From Synergistaceae bacterium (GTDB lineage Bacteria > Synergistota > Synergistia > Synergistales > Synergistaceae), in contig JAISYN010000095.1 in NCBI GenBank assembly GCA_031269915.1, forward strand, positions 1-40,068: a DNA stretch of 40,068 nt, read 5' to 3'. Position 1 is the stretch's first letter. Every line of letters begins with the position of its first letter. Below are positions 1 to 7,045 of the stretch, in pieces. The notes under the pieces are model-generated. The model ran no database searches, was not told the DNA's origin, and saw only the letters and a list, made by a program, of their open reading frames with translations. Made by a program: the position numbers and the translations under genes.

Positions 1-1178
1 ATTTCGGCGGCGCGAACTGCACGCTGCAGTTCGACGAGATATCCGGGCCTAAGGGCAAAGTATGGGATCCCGATAAAATAGCCTTCACCTTCGACCTTCA
101 GGCGCCTTCGCATTCCGAAAAGGTGTCGAACAACCAGAAGATAATCCGGGAATTCGCCAAACGCCAGGGAATCACGCGCGTGTTCGACATCAATCACGGC
201 ATAGGGCAGCACGTGCTTCTGGAGAACGGATTGGTCAAACCGGGCGACGTCATACTCGGCACCGACAGCCATATGAACCTGCTGGGCGCGGTCGGCGCTT
301 TCGCCACCGGCGTCGGCAACACGGACATAGCGGCGTCGTGGCTGTCGGGGACCAACTGGTTCCGCGTGCCCGAGACGGTGAAGATAGAGGTCGGGGGCGA
401 GTTTCCCTGTGGAGTCTCCATGCGCGATCTTCTGACGACGATAGTGGGCGAACTGGGCGCGGGGGGCCTCGATTTTCTGGCCGTCGAGTTCACGGGCGGC
501 GCGATAGAGCGCGCGAGCCTCGCGGAACGTATAACCCTCTGCTCCATGGTGACCGAGATGAGCGGCAAGATCGGGCTCATCCTGCCGGACGGGCCCGTGC
601 TCAATTGGCTTGCGGAGCGCGCCGGCCCGGAGGTTCGCGCGCGCGCGGAGGCCATAAAGCCGGACGCGGACGCGCCCTATATAGATGTTCGCGGGTACGA
701 CGCGTCTCGCCTGGAGCCCATGGCCTCGTGTCCGGACGCGCCGGACAACGTGAAGCCCGTGCGCGAGATCGCCGGAACGCCGGTCGATCAGGTCCATATC
801 GGAAGCTGTACGAACGGGCGTTTCGAGGATATCTCGGCCGCGTTCGATGTGTTGAAAAAGGGCGGGTTCAAGGTTTCCCCGAATGTGCGTACGATAATCA
901 CTCCAGCGACCATCGAGGTCATGAAACTCTGCGCGAAAGAGGGCATGATAGAGAAATTCCTCGACGCCGGGATAGTCTTCACCAACCCCACATGCGCCCT
1001 CTGCACCGCCGAGCATTACGGCGCGCTGCCGGGCGGCGACGTCGGAGTCTCGACCACGAACCGCAACTTCATCGGTAAGGTCGGCAAGGGCAGCCATACA
1101 TATCTTCTCAGCCCTATGACGGCTATGGCGACCGCTGTGCGCGGGGTGATAACGGATCCCCGCGACATAATCTGCTGA
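1..1178 (+). CDS. aconitase-superfamily hydro-lyase large subunit (LeuC/HacA-like), copy 1; 5' end cut by the window edge
   Basis: Frame 3 is open from nt 3 (FGGANCTLQFDEISGPKG...), so the M listed at 123 is internal. GTDSHMNLLG, GSCTNGRFED and NPTCALCT...STTNRNFIGKVG correspond to the DSH / CTNGR / CxxC...NRNF.G motifs of isopropylmalate and homoaconitate isomerase large subunits. Confidence 0.85.
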   Translation, partial: FGGANCTLQFDEISGPKGKVWDPDKIAFTFDLQAPSHSEKVSNNQKIIREFAKRQGITRVFDINHGIGQHVLLENGLVKPGDVILGTDSHMNLLGAVGAFATGVGNTDIAASWLSGTNWFRVPETVKIEVGGEFPCGVSMRDLLTTIVGELGAGGLDFLAVEFTGGAIERASLAERITLCSMVTEMSGKIGLILPDGPVLNWLAERAGPEVRARAEAIKPDADAPYIDVRGYDASRLEPMASCPDAPDNVKPVREIAGTPVDQVHIGSCTNGRFEDISAAFDVLKKGGFKVSPNVRTIITPATIEVMKLCAKEGMIEKFLDAGIVFTNPTCALCTAEHYGALPGGDVGVSTTNRNFIGKVGKGSHTYLLSPMTAMATAVRGVITDPRDIIC

Positions 1179-1195
1179 GCGAGGAGGAATTCGAT

Positions 1196-1714
1196 ATGAG
1201 CGAAACGCTCAAAGGGCGCGCGTGGGTCTTTTCGGACGACGTCGATACGGATCTCATATATCACAACAAATATCTCGCGGAAACCGACCCTCAAAAAATG
1301 CCGCAGTATTCGTTCGAGTACTATCCGGGCAAGGAAAATTTCGCGAAAGACGTGAAACCGGGCGATTTCGTGGTGGCGGGCAAAAATTTCGGCTGCGGTT
1401 CCAGCCGCGAACACGCCGTTTACTGCCTCAAGGAGGCGGGCGTCCCGGTAATTCTGGCCGAGACCTGCTCTCGGATATACTACCGCAACGCTATAAACAA
1501 CGGCTATCCCGTGCTCTTCGTCAAAGGATTGTCCGAAGCCATCAAGTCGAAGGAGATCGAGGACGGCGACGCTCTTGAAGTCGATCTCGCGACAGGGACG
1601 ATCACGGACGCCACGAACGGCAATACGTTTCACGGCGACGCCGTGAGCGAACTGGAGCGCGACATAATGACGGCGGGCGGACTGATACCGTATCTGAAAA
1701 CAAGGAGAAAGTAG
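1196..1714 (+). CDS. aconitase-superfamily small subunit (LeuD/HacB-like), copy 1
   Basis: ATG lies 8 nt after GAGGAGG. KGRAWVFSDDVDTDLI, GKNFGCGSSREHA, YYRNAINNG and GGLIPYLK are the classic LeuD swivel-domain motifs. Confidence 0.88.
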   Translation: MSETLKGRAWVFSDDVDTDLIYHNKYLAETDPQKMPQYSFEYYPGKENFAKDVKPGDFVVAGKNFGCGSSREHAVYCLKEAGVPVILAETCSRIYYRNAINNGYPVLFVKGLSEAIKSKEIEDGDALEVDLATGTITDATNGNTFHGDAVSELERDIMTAGGLIPYLKTRRK

Positions 1715-1723
1715 GAGGGCCCC

Positions 1724-2986
1724 ATGGGAAAGACATTTGCTGAAAAAGCTCTGGGACGCGCCGCGGGGCATCCCGTGAGCGCGAACGAAGTGATAACTGT
1801 CGAGCCGGACTTCTGCATGAGCCACGATAACACCGGGCCCATATCGCGCACGTTCAAGAAAATAGGCGTCAGGAAAGTATGGAAACCGGAGCGCCTGGTC
1901 GTGATTCTGGATCACGGCGTCCCGGCGCCGTCGAGCGATCACGCCATAAATCACAAGGAAGCGCGCGAATTTATGCGCGAACAGGGAGCGCCTCACTTTT
2001 ACGACGTGTCGAGCGCGGGAGGCGTCTGCCACCAGAAGTTTCCCGAGGAGGGCTTTGCCCTGCCGGGACAGATAGTAATAGGCAGCGACAGCCATACCTG
2101 CACCTACGGCGCGTTCGGCACGTTCGCCACGGGGATAGGGCGCACGGAAATGGCGGCCGCCTGGGCGACCGGAAATATCTGGTTCAAGGTTCCCGAGAGC
2201 ATGAAGATAACGGCGGAGGGTATGTTGAAGCCCGGCGTCTCGGCCAAGGACTTCATTCTCAAAGTCATGGGCGACGTCAAATCCGACGGGGCCGACTATA
2301 TGAGCGTCGAGTTTCACGGCGGCGGGATAAGCGGCATGAGCATATCCGAACGCATGACCCTCTGCAACCTGGGGATAGAGATGGGCGCCAAAAACGCCGT
2401 CTGCGAGCCCGACCGAAAGGTCCTCGACTTCATAAAAGGCAGGGAAAAATCCTCCGGCTGGGAAGCGCTGTGGGCCGACCCCGACGCGGCGTACGCCAAG
2501 GAGCTGAAATACGACCTCGGCGACATAAAGCCGGGCGTGGCGAAACCGCACACCGTGGACAACTACGCCGAAATCGCCGATGTGAAGGGAACGAAGATAA
2601 ATCAGGCGTTCATAGGAACATGCACGAACGGGAGGGCCGAGGACCTGCGCGCCGCCGCCGGAGTGTTGAAGGGCAAGCGGGTGGCGGTGCGGACGATAGT
2701 GATCCCCGCGTCGTGGAATATCTACCGCGAGGCCATGCGCGACGGCACGCTGGATATATTGCTCGACGCCGGCTGCATAATCTGCAATTCCGGCTGCGGT
2801 CCGTGCCTCGGCGCGCACATGGGGACGCTTGCGCCCGGAGAGGTCTGCGTCAGCACGGCGAACCGCAATTTCAAGGGGCGCATGGGCGACAAGGAGAGCT
2901 TCATATATCTGGCGAGCCCTCTAACCGTCGCTTGCAGCGCCGCGGCGGGCGAGATAGCCGATCCGAGGGAGGCGTTTGCGAGATGA
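1724..2986 (+). CDS. 3-isopropylmalate/homoaconitate dehydratase large subunit (LeuC/HacA-like), copy 2
   Basis: AGGAGG precedes the ATG. Motifs: LDHGVPAPS, GSDSHTCTYGAFG, GTCTNGRAEDL, CNSGCGPCLGAH, STANRNFKGRMG. Confidence 0.9.
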   Translation: MGKTFAEKALGRAAGHPVSANEVITVEPDFCMSHDNTGPISRTFKKIGVRKVWKPERLVVILDHGVPAPSSDHAINHKEAREFMREQGAPHFYDVSSAGGVCHQKFPEEGFALPGQIVIGSDSHTCTYGAFGTFATGIGRTEMAAAWATGNIWFKVPESMKITAEGMLKPGVSAKDFILKVMGDVKSDGADYMSVEFHGGGISGMSISERMTLCNLGIEMGAKNAVCEPDRKVLDFIKGREKSSGWEALWADPDAAYAKELKYDLGDIKPGVAKPHTVDNYAEIADVKGTKINQAFIGTCTNGRAEDLRAAAGVLKGKRVAVRTIVIPASWNIYREAMRDGTLDILLDAGCIICNSGCGPCLGAHMGTLAPGEVCVSTANRNFKGRMGDKESFIYLASPLTVACSAAAGEIADPREAFAR

Positions 2987-3477
2987 GGATAAAAGGGCGC
3001 GTCTGGAAATACGGCGACGACGTGAACACGGACGTCATATTCGCCGGGAAATACACGTACACTATAAAAGACCGGGCTGAGATGGCGAAATACGCACTGG
3101 AGGACCTGGATTCCGATTTCAATAAAAACGCCGCCGCCGGGGATATCATCGTGGCCGGCAAAAACTGGGGCTGCGGTTCCAGCCGCGAACAGGCGGCGAT
3201 ATGCCTCAAAGAGCGGGGCATAGGGGCGATAATAGCAAAAAGCTTCGCGAGGATTCATTACCGCAACTGTCTCAACGAGGGACTGCCTATAATTATCAGC
3301 GCCGAGGCCCGAGACCTCGTGGAAAAAGGCGGCGAGATCGAAATAGACTTCGACGCCGGTGAGATAACGGCGGGCGGCAGAAAGATAAAATTTCCGCCGT
3401 ATCCCGAGTTTGTGCAGGGCCTTGTGAACGATGGGGGGTTGATACCGCACGTCAAAAAATCGTTGGGATTGGCATAA
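2983..3477 (+). CDS. 3-isopropylmalate/homoaconitate dehydratase small subunit (LeuD/HacB-like), copy 2
   Basis: ATGA start/stop overlap with the preceding gene. Internal M of ORF 1879..3477: MRIKGRVWKYGDDVNTDVIF, GKNWGCGSSREQA, HYRNCLNEG, GGLIPHVK. Confidence 0.9.
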   Translation: MRIKGRVWKYGDDVNTDVIFAGKYTYTIKDRAEMAKYALEDLDSDFNKNAAAGDIIVAGKNWGCGSSREQAAICLKERGIGAIIAKSFARIHYRNCLNEGLPIIISAEARDLVEKGGEIEIDFDAGEITAGGRKIKFPPYPEFVQGLVNDGGLIPHVKKSLGLA

Positions 3478-3519
3478 AACAACAATATTTACAAATGTTT
3501 TATTTAATCGCCTTCAAAG

Positions 3520-3528
3520 TGCTAGAAT
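3520..3528 (+). promoter_or_regulatory. candidate extended -10 promoter element (TGCTAGAAT)
   Basis: TGnTAnAAT-like element in an AT-rich spacer, about 33 nt upstream of the ATG at 3561. No good -35 is seen. Confidence 0.35.
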
Positions 3529-3560
3529 AACAAACAATTCAATATTTGGAGGCGAAACGC

Positions 3561-3998
3561 ATGAAAACAAGCGAATTAGGCGCAAAAGAGGCAAGGGCGA
3601 AGACGGAGCGCGTATTGGCCGGGGCCAAAGTCGTATACATGGCCACCAACGGCTCTCACGGACATCCCAACGTGAGGGCCATGTCGCCCGCGAAAACGGA
3701 TGGCGCCAAAGCGTTGTGGTTCGTCACGGATGTCGGGTCGAGCAAGATAGCCGAACTCGTTAACGACGGCAAGTCGGTCATTTACGCGATGGCGCCCCGC
3801 GCCGCCGGAGAGTGCAGAGTCTGGGGCAGCGTTGATATACTGGACGACGAGAAGTCCCGAAAGATAGCGTGGCGCGACGAATTCGCGGAGCATTTCCCTG
3901 GAGGGAAGGATTCCCCCGAACTGAGGGTTCTCCGTTTCAATGTGTCGAACGGGGTGTATTGCGGCAAGACGGGGAAAAAGGGAGAATTCAAAAACTGA
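3561..3998 (+). CDS. pyridoxamine 5'-phosphate oxidase-like FMN-binding protein (general stress protein 26-like)
   Basis: GGAGG lies 8 nt upstream of ATG 3561, so the TTG at 3546 is unlikely. VVYMATNGSHGHPNVRAM...ALWFVTDVGSSKIAEL... is the typical PNPOx split-barrel pattern. Confidence 0.6.
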   Translation: MKTSELGAKEARAKTERVLAGAKVVYMATNGSHGHPNVRAMSPAKTDGAKALWFVTDVGSSKIAELVNDGKSVIYAMAPRAAGECRVWGSVDILDDEKSRKIAWRDEFAEHFPGGKDSPELRVLRFNVSNGVYCGKTGKKGEFKN

Positions 3999-4052
3999 CT
4001 CGCGGCCTGGCTGACAGCCGGTTCCGCGAAACGAGACGGAGGAGGTATCGCG

Positions 4053-5312
4053 GTGAGCCGTGACGTTATGAAAGTGCGTGAAAAAAAGGACCGTTACAGG
4101 GTCTGTTATATGTCGGGAGACGATTCCGGGTACGATATGATGGAGGGGGCTCTCCTGGTCTTAGAGGCGATGGACCTGCCGATCGACTGGGTGCGCGCCG
4201 ATTTGGGCTGGTGTATTTGGGAAAAGTCGGTGGCGAAGTTCGGCGAGGGCGATCCGCGGTGCAACACCGTACCGCCTGAGACCGTCGAATCCATAAAAAA
4301 CACCGACGCTGCGCTGATGGCCGCGATCACGTCAAAAGCGGGAGTCAAGGGTTTCAAGTCAGCGATACTCCAGATGAGGCAGTTGTTCGACCTCTACATA
4401 AATCTCCGCCCCGCTAAATCGCTGCCCGGCATAGGCACTCCGCTCAAGACCGATCCCAAAATAGACATAGTGATGTTCCGTGAGAACACAGAGGATTTGT
4501 ACGCCGCCGTCGAGTTTTACCCGTTGCCGAAAGAGCAGTTCGATCTGCACCCAGGCATGGAACGTTTCAAAAAGTGCAGCGAGGTCGCGGTATCGTGGCG
4601 CGTCTTTTCCAAAGAGGGCTGCGAGCGCATAATCCGCGCCGCGTTCGAGTACGCGAAGGAGACTGGGCGCAAGACGGTCCACTGCGGCAACAAGGCCAAC
4701 GTCATCCGCCAGACCGATGGCATGATGAAGCGCGTGTTTCTCGAAATAGCCAAGGAGTACGAGCAGTACGGCATAAAGGGCATAGAGGAGAACGCCGACG
4801 CGACGGCGATGTGGCTCATAAAGAACCCCCAGGATTACAGCGTGGTAGTGGCGAGCAACGTGTTCGGCGACATCCTGTCCGACGAGGCGAGCCAGCTCAC
4901 CGGCGGGCTCGGTTTTGCCCCCAGCGGCAACATAGGCGAGAGCACGGCCATTTTCGAACCGTCGAGCGGTTCAGTCCCCAAGTACGCGCACAAGTATCGC
5001 GTCAATCCCTGCGCTATACTCCTGACGTCCAAGATGATGCTGGAGTACCTCGACATGCGGGAGGAAGGCGCGAAGATAGAAAAAGCGATCGGCGAGGTTC
5101 TGGTGGAAAACAGGCCGGGAACGCTGACATACGACATCCTGCGCGACTTCCGGGGAGATCCCGACTGGGAGAAAAACGCGGCTTCGACTCTCGATATGGC
5201 GGCTGCCATAGCCCAGAAAATAGATCCCGCTTTCACCGGCGAGCGGTTGGAAAACGCGAAAGCGAAAGTTCACGACATGTGCGACTGGAATAAGACCATA
5301 GGATTCGAATAA
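4053..5312 (+). CDS. isocitrate/isopropylmalate dehydrogenase-family beta-decarboxylating dehydrogenase (atypical member)
   Basis: GTG lies 7 nt after GGAGGAGG. Motifs: MRQLFDLYINLRP, FRENTEDLY, NKANVIRQTDG, ADATAMWL, NVFGDILSDEASQLTGGLG, VNPCAILLTSKMMLEYL. Confidence 0.85.
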   Translation: MSRDVMKVREKKDRYRVCYMSGDDSGYDMMEGALLVLEAMDLPIDWVRADLGWCIWEKSVAKFGEGDPRCNTVPPETVESIKNTDAALMAAITSKAGVKGFKSAILQMRQLFDLYINLRPAKSLPGIGTPLKTDPKIDIVMFRENTEDLYAAVEFYPLPKEQFDLHPGMERFKKCSEVAVSWRVFSKEGCERIIRAAFEYAKETGRKTVHCGNKANVIRQTDGMMKRVFLEIAKEYEQYGIKGIEENADATAMWLIKNPQDYSVVVASNVFGDILSDEASQLTGGLGFAPSGNIGESTAIFEPSSGSVPKYAHKYRVNPCAILLTSKMMLEYLDMREEGAKIEKAIGEVLVENRPGTLTYDILRDFRGDPDWEKNAASTLDMAAAIAQKIDPAFTGERLENAKAKVHDMCDWNKTIGFE

Positions 5313-5320
5313 AATTTTTG

Positions 5321-5346
5321 GGCCGGGGCCTCAAACAGCCCCGGCC
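5321..5346. terminator. 9-bp GC hairpin between convergent genes (possible bidirectional terminator)
   Basis: GGCCGGGGC-ctcaaaca-GCCCCGGCC sits between the dehydrogenase stop (5312) and the ABC ATPase stop (5355). The flanking A/T runs are short and offset, so terminator function is uncertain. Confidence 0.4.
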
Positions 5347-5354
5347 TCATGCCG

Positions 5355-6731
5355 TCATTCACCGTCAAAGCCCATGATTCTCCCGCACATGCCTTTGAGT
5401 TCCCGTTCGTCGAGGGAGAAGAGCGCTATGCCCTTTCCGCGCGAGGAGAGCTCGGCCATCAATTTGTATATCTCTGTCTTTGCGGCCTCATCCGCGCCGC
5501 GAGACGGTTCGTCGAAAATTACAGCGTCCGCGCCGCCGAATATCAGGTCGGCGCAGCTTCGTCCGTCCAATGTCCCGGACGGCGTGAACAGGTTCTGTAT
5601 CATCGCCGTTGTTTCCTCGGAGGAACTGCGGCCCCCGAATAGCTGCGCCGGCAGCAGCGAACGCCTGTCGTCGTTTATCGGGTTGTGTTCGACCCGCGCG
5701 TAGGCCGACGCTTTGCGCGCCGTCACGCAGAGCGCCGCGCACCGCAGCTTCCTTGCGTCCGGCGACAGGCCTATCCGTAGTTTCACAGCGTTGCCGGGAG
5801 GGCCCGTCCGCATCTTTATGCCGAATATCGTCGTTTCTCCGCCTCCTCTGGGATCGACGCCGAATATCGAACGTATGATCTCCGTTTTCATCGCGCCGTT
5901 CGCGCAATTTATTCCCAAAATCTCGCCTTGCCGTATTTCGATGCCGGTTTTGGACAGTGTGCGGACGGTTTTCCCTCCGGGTGGAACGGAGCGCGCCGGG
6001 TACTCAGCGCGATGCGTTCCCATGAGCCGCAGAAGTTCGTCCGGCCCCGCGTCTTTTGATTCGAGAGTCCCGGCCCTGCGTCCGCCGCGCAAAACCGTCA
6101 CGCGATCGCACAACCCGGTTATAGCGCCGGGATCGCGCGATATCAGGATCACGGGCGTACCCCTGTTTTTCAGCATCTCCGTAATGCGGCGCAGCTTTCG
6201 CATGCCGTTCGAGTCCAGGCCTTCCGACGGTTCATCCAGCACAACCAGCCCTGTTCCGAGAAATACCGCCCGCGCTATCCCGATAAACTTGCCGAGGCGT
6301 TCGGGCAGCCGTTCGGCGTAATCAAGGGGAGATATGTCCCCGATTCCCATCGCTTCGAGCAGTGCGCCCGCTTCCTCGTTGAGGCGTCTGTCGCTGATAA
6401 TTCCGAACCTGCCGTGCGGTTCGCGTCCCATCATTATGGTCTGGGCGGCGGTGACTCCCCTCATCGCGGGAAGGTCCTGATAAGCGACCCCGATGCCGGA
6501 CGCCTGCGAGGACGCTACGCTGTTTATGCCGCGTCGCGCTCCTCGGAATACTATATCGCCGGAGTCGAGTTCGATGATTCCCGCTAGAACATGGGCGAGC
6601 GTCGATTTTCCGGAGCCGTTTTCGCCGGTGAGCCCGTGAATTTCCCCCTCCCGGACATCTAAGTCCGCTCCGTCCAGAGCGGCTATTCCGGCGAATATCT
6701 TTTTAACCCCGGCCATTTCGAGAACGTTCAT
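5355..6731 (-). CDS. tandem-NBD ABC transporter ATP-binding protein (RbsA/MglA-like sugar-type), degenerate motifs
   Basis: ATG at 6731 (MNVLEMAGVKKIF) follows AAGAAGG. Walker A is GENGSGKST, Walker B is LVVLDEPSEGLD, and the second NBD has AVIFDEPSRGADEAAK. The domain order matches RbsA. Confidence 0.8.
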   Translation of the reverse strand: MNVLEMAGVKKIFAGIAALDGADLDVREGEIHGLTGENGSGKSTLAHVLAGIIELDSGDIVFRGARRGINSVASSQASGIGVAYQDLPAMRGVTAAQTIMMGREPHGRFGIISDRRLNEEAGALLEAMGIGDISPLDYAERLPERLGKFIGIARAVFLGTGLVVLDEPSEGLDSNGMRKLRRITEMLKNRGTPVILISRDPGAITGLCDRVTVLRGGRRAGTLESKDAGPDELLRLMGTHRAEYPARSVPPGGKTVRTLSKTGIEIRQGEILGINCANGAMKTEIIRSIFGVDPRGGGETTIFGIKMRTGPPGNAVKLRIGLSPDARKLRCAALCVTARKASAYARVEHNPINDDRRSLLPAQLFGGRSSSEETTAMIQNLFTPSGTLDGRSCADLIFGGADAVIFDEPSRGADEAAKTEIYKLMAELSSRGKGIALFSLDERELKGMCGRIMGFDGE

Positions 6732-6812
6732 ATCAGCGCCTTCTTGTTCTGGCGCGGCCAATCGGCGGAACGGAATCGCGTCCAGAAGTATTTCGGTGCA
6801 AGGATCGAAATG

Positions 6813-6821
6813 ATTTTACCA
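6813..6821 (-). promoter_or_regulatory. candidate extended -10 (TGGTAAAAT on the minus strand) for the ABC ATPase gene
   Basis: The reverse complement of ATTTTACCA reads TGGTAAAAT, about 80 nt upstream of the ATG at 6731. Confidence 0.35.
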
Positions 6822-6888
6822 TGCCGGAATCGGGATGTGACTGCGAAATATCGGTTTGGCGTGCCTGGACATGCCGCGTAAAAGCCCC

Positions 6889-7038
6889 TTATTTTTTCGC
6901 GATTATGAGCAAAGCGCAGGATAGCGCCAAAACGGCGAACGACGCCGTGATGAGCGTGCCGTTCGCCGTTAGTCCTCCCTGGTAGGACAGGTAAAACCCC
7001 AAAATGAATCCGGCGCAGGATATGCGCAGTAGAGCCAT
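6889..7038 (-). CDS. small hydrophobic protein, 49 aa (below the ORF-track cutoff)
   Basis: Hand translation gives MALLRISCAGFILGFYLSYQGGLTANGTLITASFAVLALSCALLIIAKK*. The ATG at 7038 lies 10 nt after a GGGAGG that sits in the last codons of the lactate permease gene. Two hydrophobic segments are present. Confidence 0.45.
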   Translation of the reverse strand: MALLRISCAGFILGFYLSYQGGLTANGTLITASFAVLALSCALLIIAKK

Positions 7039-7045
7039 GTTTTCA

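Noticed and set aside
1016-2818. 600-aa minus-strand ORF opposite the LeuC/LeuD genes.
   Set aside because: It is an Arg/Ala/Gly/His-rich, motif-free translation lying exactly antisense to genes with unmistakable family motifs. This is the typical shadow ORF of GC-rich DNA.
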